Below are positions 25,705 through 40,819 of a stretch of DNA of 64,000 bases, piece after piece. Source of the stretch: Octopus vulgaris (lineage: Eukaryota). A program made the position numbers and the translations under genes. The stretch is from the NCBI GenBank assembly GCA_951406725.2, contig OX597818.1, positions 102,920,001-102,984,000 of the forward strand. The letters are read 5' to 3'. Every line of letters starts with the position of its first letter. Within the stretch, counting starts at the first letter, position 1. The notes beneath the pieces were generated by a model. That model saw only the letters and a program-made list of their open reading frames with translations. It was not told the origin of the DNA and searched no databases.

Positions 25705-28232
25705 CCACTGCATATATATTACATAGGGTACCATCAATTCTATAGAAAATACAAGACAGATCCTGCACCAAGTCTCACAGAGCTGCGTTTTGTAGTTTGA
25801 AGGAATCATGACTCACATATGTCTGATTTTGAATTCGTGATTGTATTTTTCTTTTATCAGTTATCTTAAGTTTTTTTTCTCTGATTGCCCTTATATATAA
25901 TCTGTTTTTTTTTATTTTCACAAGTTTCAGCTAATTTTTCTTCAAAAGTCTTAAGGACGTATAAGCTATTACTGCCTTTGGAGTCACCACCTTTCACCTC
26001 ATGATGCTACTCCAGTTGTTGCTTAAGCCACGAAGTTACGCTACTGAAGCAAAGCTTATAAAATAAAATATTTAGAAACCTAAAAACAGTATTTCGCTTT
26101 TGTGAAAGCCCTAAGTTAATTGAAGAGCATATATATTCTTTTTAGAAAAGGAAAAAATCTAAATATTAAAAGATAATAATAATAAAAGAAAAAGGAAAAA
26201 AGGAAAGAATTTTGTATGAAGCAAAACGGGGAAATATTCCGATATTAGAGACTCATTAGGTGCATCCACCCTTGATAAATAACAACAACAAACAGCAATA
26301 ATAATGGTGCAAGTCAACATATAATTGTGATGACAGGAAGATCCTGAAAGTGAACACGATATCATCGTTATAAGGTTTCTGCCGCGACCGCCTCCCTTAT
26401 CGTAATGTATATGAATAAAAATAACAAAAATTGAAAGCTTAACAACAATAATTATTAATTATATATTTCAAAAAAAAAAATAATAATAATAAGCGCCCTG
26501 CAAAATGTAGAATATAAATTGAATTATGATAATTGGAGGCTGTTGCTGTTTTTTCTCGTTGTTGTGATTCGATGATGGTACTTCTGATCTCAATAGTGAT
26601 TTTAGCATTTATAATAGCAAAAAAAGACAAGCAATAATTAAAGTGAAACCTCAAATGAAAGACAAAGATATGGCACAAAAGATAACAAAAATACAAGGAT
26701 AGAAAGAAAGGGAAAAAGGACAGAATTTGGGAGAGGGAATGAGGGGAGTGAGAAGAGCAAGATGGAAGGGAATACATGAATGAATAAATAAATAAAAAAA
26801 AATGTGTAATGATGAAATTACAAATGATAATGAGTGAATCTTTAAATTGTGCGTTACGTTACAATTTCCTGCATATTTAGAAAGAAGCGTTTCGCCACTC
26901 AGTCTCAAACAATTGAGAAGAATGAAGTTTTATCACGTGTGAAATACAAATCAAGCGAATCAACTGATCAGGTGGACATGAATGGTGATTAATTAACATC
27001 GAAAAATACCTGCATAACAATAGACGTTTCAGTGATTGTGCTTGATTTTTGCTTCCGAACAATGAAATGAAATGAAATGAAGTGAAAATGAATAAAAAAA
27101 GAAAACAAAGAAAAAAGAAAAAAAAGAAACAAAAAGCAACGGAAAACCAAGGAATTTAATAGAAAAGAGAGAATAATAAATGACCAAAAATGATTTTTAA
27201 AAAGTGAAAAAAGTGTTTTTTTTTCTATTAAATACGATCGAAGAAACGAAATTTGAAGTTATCAAGAGAGAACGTCATCGTTGCCTTTAAGGAATTATAT
27301 TTATAGTAAAGCTTACTTCTTAATTAATCAATTTATTCGATTTGGATTAACAGAAAATATAGAATCATCACGAGCTTCCTTACACATTTTGAAAAGAATA
27401 CATCCATCATTTTGTTAGTCACATGTGATATCGCTGTTGCTATTTTGTTTACGAAAGAATTGGTATCGAGTGAAAATAAAGATAGGATCGACCAGACACT
27501 AGTGCCGAGAATTATAAACGAATGAAATCACGACGTGAGAAAGCTTTTAAATCAATAAAACTGGTTATCTGAGAAAAACATTATTGTATTTTATGTGCTA
27601 CTTTTGTGAATTCTTTCCGAACAACTTATTAATGTAATAAATTACACCGAAACTCTACTAAAATTAAAGATGCCTGGTTATGTTTGAAATATAATTTATT
27701 GCTTTGATGTAATTTCAACTCACTAGAATTGTGAGATAATAATTTGAAGGAAAGATATTGTGTGTAATAATAATAATCTTGTTCATACATAAGTTGAGTC
27801 TTATAACATCTTGAGAAGTCATGCGGATTTGACAAAGGAAAAATTTGAATTTCGATCTGGATGCGCATCATTTAGTTTGAGTGCATTCAGAACCAAACAT
27901 GCAAACATCACTAGAATAATTACATATCTGCTTTGATGTTCAAAATTTAATCAATTTAAATCCAAATTGCAATTTCCGCATGTCATTCCCACATGTTGTC
28001 CTTTGAAGGCCTAACCTACGATTTACTTTCGAGCTGGTTAAGCTAAAATTATAGCAAGTTTTAAAATTATCATTTCTGTCGTCTTATCATAAACCTAGAG
28101 ACTTTATGTACAAATGTCGATAAAGGTATGCATACGTCCCTTTTCCTTATTTTCATTTATAAGTTGATACATATTACATAATATCCACAGAATTCATCAG
28201 AGCTGTCATTATGGACAGCTACATCTTTCACT

Positions 28233-28533
28233 GTGGAGGCACATGGTCTAGTGGTTAGAGCAGCAAACGCGCGGTTGAGGGATCGCGAGTTAGAATCTCA
28301 GACCGGGCGATGTGTGTGTTTATGAGCGAAACACCTAAGCTCCACGCGGCTCCGGCAGAAGGTAATGGCGAACTTCTGCTGGCTCTTTCGCCACAACTTT
28401 CTCTCACAGTTTCCTCCTGCATCTTGCAGCTCACCTGCAACAGACTGGCGACAAGTCCAGGTGGGGAACCTATACGCCAAGGAAACCGGGAAACCGGCCC
28501 TTATGAGCCAGGCGTGGCTCGAGAAGGAACAAA
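28233..28533 (+). mobile_element. Family D SINE, full length
   Basis: Reverse complement of 3459-3764; decayed TSD acatctttcact / acatcatttact. Confidence 0.9.
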
Positions 28534-29961
28534 CATCATTTACTAGCAGCATGTAGACTTTATTTTGACTCCAATTTCAACTCAGTATCAAAATGACGAT
28601 AAGATATAACAGAAAACAAAGAAAATAAAGTCCGTCCCCCGTTTGAACTTTTTACATTCTTAGTACTATCCAGTTCAGATTTTTTTTTCATAGAACCAGA
28701 GTTATTGGGAGACTGTTCTGTATGTAATAAAACAGCTGATCGTTCTTGACAGCTCTAGTGAAGGCAGTGTTGCTTCGATTCACCTCAGAAAAATATTCAG
28801 AGATATCTGGCACAGCAATTTTCACGATATTTTCCCCCCTTTTTGGCCTCATTTTCTCTCTCATCTCTTAGATATAGCCCAGCTGCCAAAGCGGCTAGGT
28901 TATATCTTACCTATATTGTATCGTCTCTGGTACACCCTGAGTTTGGTTATGCCTTCCTTCTTAAAAATTAATGACTTACTCGTTACTACTTGCCCCCTTA
29001 CACAAACGAAATTCCCTTAATTAATTCTTAACTTCTGTACACATATATACTCACATATGTACGTAATGAATCTAGCACTTGACTTCCATTGCTGTGAACA
29101 GAAACAACATCAATATTAACGATATTTATTCTTGACATGTCTTGGACGCAAAATATGCGCCTTAAAAAGGGACAAGTTATCCTCCTATGTCATACACTAA
29201 AACGAGCAGTATGTTTTATGCTTGAAACCTACACAGACGTGTTTAGAATAAATATGCAAATAATAGTTTCGGATCTCGCTGTACACGATGCAAATAACGA
29301 GTTTTTAAAAATATTAATATTTTCATCTAGAAACACGTTCACATATTCTCTAACAACCCCTCCGCACCGACCTTCTAAACACAAGATCAGAAACATTTAC
29401 AAAGTGTAAACACCTTGCCAGATCTTTTCTATCAAACTGGAAAATTCCGCATCACAGATTTAAGATAGATATACACACACACACTTGAGATAGATATGAT
29501 TGCCAATTCCATTATGCTAGCAATCACGTACAGGCTCCCTCAGTGGCTAAAAAAAAACCTGAGGTTGAACACTTGGGTTCATGCTTACGTAGACTATCGT
29601 TCAAAGTTTAAAATATTCTTTTGTTCACTGAATGCCTAGATGTTTGGCGGAGATTCTCTTCACGAGAGACAACACCACTTAATTCAGCAAGCCATAAATG
29701 TCATTTATGTCAACGTGCTATTTTCTTTCGTCAGACTTTTCTTTTATGAGTCTTTCATTGGAATTGAATTAGAAATATATATATATATTTTTCTCTCGCT
29801 TGAACACAGTATATGATTCAAAGTTATCAAATATCAAAGGGAGAGTAATCTCATTAATGACTTCACTATCAGTGTTTTTCATATAACAATTAAGATTTAT
29901 TACATGGCGTAGGAGCGAGTAGCCGGAGATATAAATTGTAAAACTTTATATACATATGTAC

Positions 29962-30026
<65 letters not shown>

Positions 30027-30412
30027 CGTGTGAAAAGTTTGACAGTGATGTAGGGGTTTGCTGGCCATCACCTCACTGGTGACAGTATCCAAGCCGAAAC
30101 TGGTAATTCTCTGTCAAAGTTTCTTTTGCAAATGTTATTAAATATGTGCTATACTAATAAATATTGGGTACTTGAGATGAATGTTAAATTACTTTGTATA
30201 ACTCTACATGAAAATACATACACACACACACACATTATATATATAATTAAGGGTTAAGCAACATGTTGCTTCACCACATATCGAAAATTTAGAAATAGCA
30301 GCCAAAAGACACCTCATTTCTTTATGCTACAGATATGACTCCACAGATAACAATATTTGTAACTCACATAGGCAAAAACAAGAAAAATAAGGAAATCAAA
30401 AGTCTTCGATTA

Positions 30413-30470
30413 ATTATGGACGCGTTTCTGGATTAGAATTATACAAATTTATTTCCGTCCTCAACATAAT
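30413..30470 (-). ncRNA. Minimal type I hammerhead motif with two substitutions
   Basis: Minus: attatg-TTGAGGA-cgga...tcca-GAAA-cgcg-TC-cataat. 6-bp stem I, palindromic CGCG stem III, GUC triplet; C3 to U and a mismatch at the base of stem II. Lies in an element spanning about 30245-30580. Confidence 0.72.
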
Positions 30471-30575
30471 ATTTCGAGAATTTACAAATTTGAAAATGCT
30501 AGGAACCTACCCTTTGAATCCCGAACAAGCGGGATTTAATTAATAAATTAATAACTTTTTTACCCTATATCTGTA

Positions 30576-30626
<51 letters not shown>

Positions 30627-30640
30627 GTGTGTGTATGTAT

Positions 30641-30930
30641 GCTGTTCTTTGGCGATATCACTCATTGATTTTTCCGGATTCATCGTCATCAATGTTTCGA
30701 ACTTATTGGATGAATTGCAGTAGTCTTATACAATCCGAAAGATTTGAATGTTTTCTCTTCGATAGAGTTGAAAATTTCCTGGAAGATGCTTTCAATGCCA
30801 TCCGGCCGTTGTATACAAAAGACCATGCAGTATTTACATATTTCGCAGTTTCTGAACCGCTATATTCCGCACATGCAGCAACATTGGTTGCATGTCTTTT
30901 GAAATCTTTTATTAGAATTTTATCTACCAT
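30641..30930 (-). pseudogene. N-terminal remnant of a maT/DD37D-like transposase
   Basis: KRHATNVAACAEYSGSETAKYVNTAWSFVY..SKRKHSNLSDCIRLLQFIQ*V..PEKSMSDIAKE resembles recalled invertebrate DD37D transposase N-termini (KRHAIIV..HSDLEIARFLKVARSFV..SKRKKHS..PGKSMR.IAK). Confidence 0.6.
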
Positions 30931-32478
30931 GGAGTATTTGAAATAAATAAAAGCTCTTTGATTGGTTTGAATAGTGTAAGATAATACGTAAGTATCCTGA
31001 AATAACCCTCACACTCCGTATATAAATATTCAAGAACTTCGGGCGAACTGAATCGTTAGAGCGTCGGGAAAATGCAATTATTTCGACTACTAACTTTCTA
31101 AGTTCAAGATCCACCGAAGTCAATTTTGCCTTCATCCTTGCGAGGTCACTAAAACTGAGTACCAGTCAAGTAATGAAGACGATCATTTGGCTTTTAAATT
31201 GTTTATCTTCAACTGGGTCTCAGTTCACAAAGGCCTTATACAGAAAATATAACAGGACGTATTTTAAGCCAGTCTTATGGATATTGTATAGTTTATGTCC
31301 CCCGAAGGGCATATATTATTTAAATAAGCAATCGATTTGTCGTTCTGTCTTTGGTGTAGACGTCATTGACAGTGTTCGATCCTCGTTTCAGAAAGAGAGA
31401 AAAAAAAACTGTCTCGTAAACATTTTATTGCAATTAAACAGTATTATTAACGTCCATTTTACTATAAAGCTAAATTTACTTCTTTATTTGCGTTGCAATT
31501 AATTTAAATTTAACGATTTTAAGAAAGACATGACTCAAAGTAAAAATACAGCTGACTAGAAGAGTATTGCGGATAAATCAAGAAAATGTAAAGTTTTATT
31601 GAATACTTTTTATATTATCAGTTAACATTAGTCGAATATTATAAATTAAGATACACAAAACACACGCGTGCCCGTACATAAACACACATATAAACACACA
31701 CATAGAATATGTCACGAAATCAGTTTATTTTCATTTTCGTATGTAATTTTACGGATTTTAAAAATATTTATTTTCTTTCACCGAAAGACTTTTTTAAACT
31801 TTGATTCATATAATTATAATGATCGTTAAATTGAAAATTATTGAAAAGAAAAACAGATCTTATATTTATGTTCAGAGTAATATAAATATCAATAATTCTG
31901 TTAAATTGCAGTAATGCAATTACGTGGTAGCCGTGATGTATTTTCGATAGCTAGTTATGGATATTTAAATGTTTTTCATCGGAAAAGTTCTTTCAGCTGG
32001 TAAAGTTTTGCTGGTAAAGCAGAAATTATTGTTCGGCAATCAACCAAGAACATCGTCTACGGTGAAAAACGTCTAAATGTTTCTAAATGAATCGAGTTTG
32101 GTGGACAAAAGTTTCACAGCTCGATCTTCTATTTCATCTAAATCTCCTGTGTTCATGGTTTGAAACAAATGCTGTATTGCCATAAGCTGTACAGATGTGG
32201 AAATGTGGAAACGTGCATCTGTAGGCGGAGAAAACAAACAACAGTATACAATACGCCATACAGTTGCCACAGAAGAAGTTGGAAGAAATTGTAATTTCCA
32301 CAAATACAGAATACTGAAGTGCAATTGGCACCGAAATTTCACCCTCTATATTTCACTGAAAACACACTCCCCCGATAAAGGTAAAAATGCGAACATTGCT
32401 AGACTGAAACAAGTAGGAGAGAAGATGTAAATACTTCAAATTTTCTCAAGTTATGGATGTATAATATTTAATCTATTT

Positions 32479-33095
32479 AAGGTGGCGAGCTGGCAGAAAC
32501 GTTAGCACGCCGGACGAAATGCTTAGCGGTATTTCGTCTGCCGTTACGTTCTGAGTTCAAATTCCGCCGAGGTCGACTTTGCCTTTCATCCTTTCGGAGT
32601 CGATAAATTAAGTACCAGTTACGCACTGGGGGCGATATAATCGACTTAATCCGTTTGTCTGTCCTTGTTTATTCTTTCTGTGTTTAGCCCCTTGTGGGTA
32701 GTAAAGAAATAGGTATTTCGTCCACCGCTACGTTCTGAGTTCAAATTCCACCGTAGTCGACTTTGCCTTTCACCCTTTCAGGGTCGATTAAATAAGCACC
32801 AGTTACGCACTGGGGCCGATATAATCGACTTAATCCGTTTGTCTGTCCTTGTTTGTACCCTCTGTGTGTAGCCCTTTGTGGGCAGTAAAGAAATAAGAAT
32901 CGTTAGCACAAATGCAAAATGTGTAGCGGCATTTCGTCCGTGCTTACATTCTGATTTCGAATTCCGCTAAGGTCGACTATGCCTTTCATCCATTCGGGAG
33001 CGAAAAAAATAAGTACCAATAGAGCACTGCGGTTGATGTAATCGACTTACTTACCAAACCCGAAATTGCTGGCCTTGTGCCAAAATTAGAAAGCA
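32479..33095 (+). mobile_element. Family A SINE tandem multimer (three units)
   Basis: Full head at 32479, second unit at 32712 (184-bp period), third diverged unit from about 32897. Confidence 0.9.
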
Positions 33096-35069
33096 TCATT
33101 TCATCCATTTGTAGAGTTAGAAGTAATAAATAATCTGTCTCACTCGAACGAGGATATTTTATATTGCATGGTGTTGATAAAGTAGTGTAAGTTTGTCTCT
33201 GAATATTTTAGTCGAATCTATTTTCTCATAATATACAATTCCCCTTACTAATTGGTCAAGTACGTGCTGATACAAATTAGTGACAAAATAACACACCACA
33301 ACTAAAGCTTCATTAAACCACGTGTGCTTCGAAAAAACACATAAATGAATTATTACTCCAGCTTTCAATGACTGCAACCGGTTTAGCAAATTTAGAAAAG
33401 CAGACAAATAGCTGTCAACTATGAGATTAGATTAATTCTTTTCAAGACTGCATTAATTATGCAGCCGTCTGCGTATACCAGTATAACACGATGATATACA
33501 CACTTTTCTTCTTTCTGTCTCAGCCGTTTTTTACTGTTGTACAGTTTAATTTCCTTTTCATAGCTACACGAATTTGTACAATTTCTTCTGTATCCCTTAC
33601 TCGCTTATAACTTTCATTGCCTCTAAATATACATACAAATGATCATAAGTGTTTCATCATTCGCTTGGGTGCGGCCGCCTTGAAGGGTTTTAGTCGAATA
33701 AATTGATCTCAGGACATTTAATTTAAAGCCTGGTAATTATTCTGTTGTGGAGGTGCAATGGCCCAGTGGTTAATGCAGCGGACTCGCGGTCGGAGGATCG
33801 CAGTTTCGATTCCCAGACTGGGCGTTGTGCGTGTGTTTATTGAGCGAAAACACCTAAAGCTCCACGAGGCTCCGGCAGGGGGTGGTGGCAACCTGGCAAC
33901 ATTGTCGGTGCAGCTTCTTGCCATGCCTGTGCCTACACTTGCTAAATTTGGCATTGTTTCCCATATACGTTTTGGACCCTGTAATTCTTAATGTAGTGGG
34001 GTACACGTGGGTGGAACCTGCACCTTAGTTTATATTCCTCTTGATTGAAAAAGTGTACAGAGTATGGACAATGGGGCGGGTTGTCAAATCGAGAATGTTG
34101 AAGACAACCACTATGGGAGAACAAGAATCCAGGAAACAACCCCTGAAGTATATCAGAAGAATAATTGTAAAACCTCAGGATGCAAATGATCTTTTTCATC
34201 GTCTTCATGATCAAGACAGGGAACGCTGAAGCTGGCATCGATTAGAACACTCACATCACTTCGTTTTTTACATGGAGCTAAGGTAAGTATAAAGCTACAA
34301 AAGCATGACAATGAAACACATACAATCATTTTACATATACGCACAGATAAAATTACACTCACATATACACTCAGACATAGACATATACACACACAAACAC
34401 AAACATGCGTGTGTATATGTAAACAACTTGAAGTAGGTACACTCAGGGAAAGGGTTCAGTTGAAAACGCACCCTAAATTTCGAAATCGAAAAGTGTGCTA
34501 GCTAAGTTTTGAAGTGAAAAAAAAAACCCAACAAAAAACAAAAACAAAACCCAATTAAAACTAGTAATTACTTATTAGAGAAGTAAGAAATCATAGAATT
34601 AATCCAAACACACGTGAATACCTAAGAATGATTAAACCAATCATCGCGCACACAAAGGAGAGAAACATTTAGGAAATAATATACAGTTACATTGTTACAT
34701 TGGATTAATACTTAAATCAGAGATACATTTTTAAACAATAAGATAATAATTATCAATAGTCTCGCTGTTCCAGTAAAGAAAACAATGTTTCAGTTATAAT
34801 GTTCTCAAAGGACGTCAGAGCATTAGAAAGATTTGTGGAGAAAATAAGAAAACTAACGATAGTGTTTAGAATATACCAAGAAAAGCCTGCAGAGAATAGC
34901 TTACGTACTTGAAGAACATGAGAGAAGATGGAAGTAAGAAGTGAAGGAAGATAAGTCTCAGAGTACAGTCAAGCCGAAGTCTAGAGAATATGCGAAGGTT
35001 ATGAAGAACAACTAACTCCATGGTTTCCGGTTGCCCAGTTTTACCCGAAAGAGTGTTTATACACACACA

Positions 35070-35103
<34 letters not shown>

Positions 35104-35419
35104 ATATGGGTCTTTAGTTCACAAGTGATCTAAACGATTAGGTGCGCTAGGTAAGTGCTGTAACGGATTACTAGGGCTCCAAAGTTATAGCCGAGACGGT
35201 AGTTATGGAGCCATTGCAGATTTCCGATATAGCTGATATTTATTATTGGAAAAAATCCAAAGCCTTACAGCTGTTTCTGGGATATCACAGAGTGGGATAT
35301 TCCAGCTGTAAGTATTATTATAGTTATGATAAATGTATTATGATTAAAGACACTGAAAATATCAAAAATGAGACTAACTAATTTAATGTTCTAATAATTT
35401 TAATGAATTAAATGTTATT

Positions 35420-35680
35420 TTATACTCAAGGCACAAGGCCCTAAATCTTTGGGGTTGGGGCCAGTCGATTATATCGACTGCAGTACGCAAGTGGTACTTA
35501 ATTTATCGACTCCGAGAGAGTCAAAGGCAAAGTCGACCTCGGCGGAATTTGAACTCAGAACGTAAAAACAGACGATAATGAATTAAGAATTCTTTTCTAC
35601 TCTAGGCACTAGGCCCGAACTTTTGACAGAGGTGTGAGGCAGTCGATTAGTTCACCTCCAGTACGCAACTGGTACTTAAC
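35420..35680 (-). mobile_element. Family A variant SINE fragments (alternative tail)
   Basis: ggcacaaggccc tail plus aaagtcgacctcggcggaatttgaactcag; same variant at 63750-63955. Confidence 0.75.
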
Positions 35681-35958
35681 GATAATGAGTTAAGTATTAT
35701 AACATTGATGTGATACTAATTTTGCACCCTCCTGTATAGAAGAAGAAATAATCTTTATAACTTTATACAACTAAATTTTTATAACTCTATAATGTAAATT
35801 TTAAAATTAATGAAATTCATTTAAATTTTATTTATATGGATGCACGTGTGTATGTATATGTCTATGTACGTCTTTGAGAATTCGCACATATTTAATTGCA
35901 GAATCGTCCATGATATATTTATGTGCCACTCTCAGAAATCACTCTGTATATAGGAGTT

Positions 35959-36752
35959 ACACTTGTACTTGTTTCAGTCATTTGACTGTGGCCATGCTGG
36001 ATTACCGCCTTTAGTCGATCGAGCAAATTGACCGCAGGACTTATTCTTTGTAAGCCTAGTACTTATTCTATTGGTTTCTGTTGCCAAACCGCTAAATTAC
36101 GGGGACGTAACCACACCAGCATCGGTTGTCAAGCGATGTTGGGAGACAAACATATACATACATACATACATACATACATACATTTATATATATATATATA
36201 TATATATATGCGACGGGCTTCTTTCAGTTTCCGTCTACCAAATCCACTCACAATACTTTGGTCAGCCCGAAAGGATGAAAGGCTAAATCGACCTCGGAGA
36301 ATTTGAACTCAGAACAGAAAGACAGACGAAATACCTATTTCTTTACTACCCACAACGGGCTAAAACATAGAGAAGACAAACAAGGACAGACAAACGGATT
36401 AAGTCGATTATATCGACCCCAGTGCGTAACTGGTACTTATTTAATCGACCCCGAAAGGATGAAAGGCAAAGTTGACCTCAGCGGAATTTGAACTCAGAAC
36501 TTAGCGGCAGACGAAATACCTTTTTCTTTACTACCCACAAGGGGTTAAACGCAGAGGGGACAAACAAGGACAGAAAACCGGATTAAGTCGATTACATCGA
36601 CTCCAGTACATAACTGGTACTTAATTTATCGACATAGAAAGGATGGAAGGCAAAGTCAACCTCGGCGGAATTTGAACTCAGAAGGTAGCGGCAGACGAAA
36701 TACCGCGAAGAATTTCGCCCGGCGTGCTAACGGTTTTGCCACCTCGCCGCCC
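35959..36752 (-). mobile_element. Truncated family B SINE fused to a family A multimer
   Basis: B portion 35959-36264 switches at cccga to family A units (36265-36752) with the recurrent junction. Confidence 0.85.
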
Positions 36753-37102
36753 TAAGTCTGTTTATTATATTGGTATCAAATTGTAGGAAAAAGCCCAGCA
36801 ATTTCGGAGGAGGGGTAAGATTACATCGAACTCAGTGCTCAACAGGTAGTTATTTTATTGACCTCCACCCCTACCAAGCAAAAGAGATGAAGGACAAAGC
36901 CGACCTCGGCAGAATTTGAAGTCAGAACGTAATGTCGGGCGAAATGCAGCTAAGCGTTTTCGACTCTGCCAGCTCACCGCATTCAGTCTGTTCATCATAT
37001 TAGAAACTTTATTACATTCAAGAAAAATAAATATGCCTAGTGTTGTATTTACTATACTCAAAAGTAACTCTTTCAATCATGATACATGCTTTATATAAAA
37101 TA

Positions 37103-37495
37103 CTAGCAGTATCGCCCAGCGTTGCTCGGGTTTGTTTCGACCCTTTAGAATTGGAATTTTTTGAAAAGTAAAAAATTTGTATTATATAGCTTGTTATTCT
37201 CTGTAAGTGAACATTTTTCTGGTTGAAATACCACGAAAAATGGCAAGATAGCAGTAAAAAAATCGTAAAAAATAGGGATTTTCATAGGAAAAAAGCACCT
37301 CTTTGATGTAAATATTTTTTTGTGTTAACTTGGTCCGATTTGAATTTTTTCTTCTACGGAAGGAAGAGCAAGTTTTCTTCTATCATACTGTCAATTTTGG
37401 TCAACTTGCGCCGCAGGGTCTCAGAGGAGATAGTGTTAGTTTAAGTCTACCAGACCTGCCATACACAGACAACTTCAGCTTTATGTATATAGAGA
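37103..37495 (-). mobile_element. Non-autonomous Helitron
   Basis: Reverse complement of the 20512/53957 copies; minus-strand A|TC...hairpin...CTAG|T. Confidence 0.88.
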
Positions 37496-37524
37496 TTTAC
37501 TAAAGAAGTACTAACTGACTGTGA

Positions 37525-38265
37525 ATGTGCGTGGTTAGAGCGTCGAGCTTACAACCATAAGTAATTAGTTCGGTTCAAGGACCAATCTGTGTGGCGTGTT
37601 CTTGAGCAAGACACTTTACTTCACGTTGTTCCAGTTCACTCAGCTGTGAAAATGATACATCACTGGTGCCGAACTATATCAGCCTTTGCCTTTCTTATTT
37701 ATTTACTGCCCACAAGGGGCTGCACACAGAGGGGACAAAAAAGACAGACAAACGGATTAAGTCGATTATGTCGACCCCAGTGCGTAACTGGTACTTATTT
37801 AATCGACCCCGAAAGGATGAAAGGTAAAGTCGACCTAGGCGAAATTTGAACTCTGAACGTAACGGCAGACGAAATACCTGTTTCTTTATTACCCACGAGG
37901 GGCTAAACATAGAGGGAACAAACAAGGTCAGACAAACGGATTAAGTCGATTACATCGACTCCAGTGCGTAACTGGTACTTAATTTATCGACCCCGAAAGG
38001 ATGAAGAGCAAAGTCGACCTCGCCGTAATTTGAACTCTGAACGTAGCGGCAGACAAAATACGGCTACGCATTTCGCCCAGCGTGCTAATGTTTCTGCCAG
38101 CTCACTGCCTTTGACTTTGTACTGGATAAAATTAGTGGCGTGAAAACGGGAAACTGGTATGCTGGTCTTCTATAAGCAACCTTGCTCGGACTTGTGCCTC
38201 GGAGGGGAACTTTCTAGGTGCAATCCCACGATCATTCATGACCGAACAGGGTCTTTACCCTTTTA
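37525..38265. mobile_element. Family E SINE (+) interrupted by a family A dimer (-, 37695-38111)
   Basis: E head and core 37525-37692 and E tail 38112-38265 flank two A units; TSD-like gcctttgccttt / gcctttgacttt. Confidence 0.82.
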
Positions 38266-38644
38266 CTAACTGGCTGAAACATCTAATTGCCTCCAAAATA
38301 TACAAGACATTACTATGAAGATGGTTACATAATCAAACTGATCGGTCACTTAATCACCAAAACTAAAAATTATGTCATTAAGAGCTGTTTACCCTAATAC
38401 TGTGAGCTTTATGCACATGATTTTGGAGACATGAAAAGACCGCTCCTTTTCTATGTGTAACTAAAAATACTACGTTCTCTGTGCTTGGCAATGGATTGAC
38501 GAATCTGTGACATTTTTTAAAAAAATGATTCCGTTTCCTGAATAAATAATTGAAATGTGGTTCTGTTGGTTGTAAGCATTTCGCTGTAATTGCGAACATT
38601 TTCATTTTCTATCTCGCTGCTTTCCCCATCAATCAAGGAACATC

Positions 38645-38952
<308 letters not shown>

Positions 38953-40244
38953 TTTTAGATATATATGTAAGTATGCATGTACACACACACGCATGCGCAT
39001 ACACTCGCAGCACATAATATTACATAGTGACAGTGGTCTCAATCATATTAACATATTTTTACAAGACGAGTTTCGCATTCTCCTAATTATATTAGTATTT
39101 CGATTGAGAAGAATTATTTAGTTATTTTCCTTAACTGTACACTTCTGCATTTAAACATATATATCTTTGTCCGTGTTAAATTCCGATGATATATTTGAGG
39201 TTATATGAAGTTATTTAAAACATCTGACTTGCTGCTTCCAAAACAGACAGGCTTCGGGTTATTTTGAAGCTAAAATAATTGAATCAATGTGAAAGTCATT
39301 CTTGATAAATCATCAATTTTTACACAGTTCTGCGTTCGCAATTGTGTTTAATTACAGTTCGACCGAAACATCTCACGCTAAAGTTTCCGATATAATTTAA
39401 TTCTAGCTCAGCTTGAGTTTAATTAGGTTTATTTTAAATGTAGTACTGTAGGGGAAAAGACAGAGCTTATAACCTACTGAACATGCTGTTGAAGCGGTAG
39501 AGCGATCGATATAGAAGATTCACAGTTAAAAAAAAAAAATTACACTAGATAACATTATGAAGGAATGAAGACATGTTTGATGTAAAACTACATGAAGATA
39601 CTAATGGCGAGAAGTGATGATGGTCGGTAAACAATAAAGTTACATTGAAAAACCGGTGTTGTCAGTTTTTCATTATGTCACTCTGCGGAGGTTCTGATAA
39701 ATTTTATTGAATGTTTTGTTTTCTGCATTCAGTAGACCTTGTTAGTATACGAGTTGGTAAAATGTAATAAATACTCTTAACGGCTTTAGTCAAAAGTAAA
39801 ATAAAGTATCCGTGATTTAGCATTTTTCGCCGCTCCGGAACTTGGTTGGACCGAGCGATTATTGTCCAGCTTGAATATCTTGATTATATAACTTGCTGAA
39901 CAATGTAGGAAAAACGTGCCGAAACAAAATCTGGTAAATTCTGGCCATTGTGGGTTCTGAGATGGGAGAAATAGACTGGCAAAAGAGAAGATAAGTGGTG
40001 CCTATCTCCAATGTTTCATGGAATTAGATAAATGAATTACGTCTTCAATCCCAGATTCCTCTTCCTTTAATTTCACAACTATATTTTTGACACCCAGAAA
40101 AGATTATTGCTGTATATTCTGGAATACAATTCAAACGCCGTAGCTATCTTTCAGAATCTTAGCCTTTCATTGGCAGTAAATTTTGGTCTGAAAACTTCGA
40201 CTTTTTATGATGGAAAATACGGTACTTCCATTGTTAGAATTCAC

Positions 40245-40311
<67 letters not shown>

Positions 40312-40330
40312 CATCATCATCATCATCCTC

Positions 40331-40362
<32 letters not shown>

Positions 40363-40393
40363 GATTATTATTATTATTATTATTATTATTATT

Positions 40394-40667
40394 GAAACAA
40401 GGCTCAGGTTTGGTCATATGCCTAGCAGGATTCATGTGGGTAGCGGGTTACTACCTGTAATCTTGGGTATCCACACGTTTTCAGCAGGCTTTCAAGTGCT
40501 TAAAACCCTCCTGATAATCCTTGGTGTCCCTATGAAGCAGACTTTCTGTAGAAGCTCTACCGAGCATTCTATTTCAATCTCCTTCAGCCATTTGTCTACA
40601 TACTGGCTTACTGTTCCCAACACACCAGTTATTATAGGCACGACCTTTATTATGCACATGCTCCAAA
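40394..40667 (-). mobile_element. 5'-truncated R4/Dong-like (RLE) non-LTR retrotransposon 3' end
   Basis: Minus translation IWSMCIIKVVPIITGVLGTVSQYVDKWLKEIEIECSVELLQKVCFIGTPRIIRRVLST* (stop 40492-40494) matches the recalled RLE C-terminus (VVPIVIGALGTV..LQKAALLGTARILRRVL); ends in (TAA)n. Confidence 0.8.
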
Positions 40668-40760
40668 TTCTTCTTCTTCTTCTTCTTCTTCTTCTTCTTC
40701 TTCTTCTTCTTCTTCTTCTTCTTCTTCTTCTTCTTCTTCCTCTTATTATTATTCATCCTC

Positions 40761-40819
<59 letters not shown>

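Noticed and set aside
30617-30946. 109-aa plus-strand ORF
   Set aside because: Starts in a microsatellite and is antisense to a transposase remnant.
32030-32430. Minus ORF with LDEIEDRAVKLL, faintly like a LINE RT C-terminus
   Set aside because: Single weak motif; not enough to annotate.
32479-33095. Regularly spaced repeats suggestive of a CRISPR array
   Set aside because: Contiguous 184-bp SINE units without unique spacers; eukaryotic context, no cas genes.
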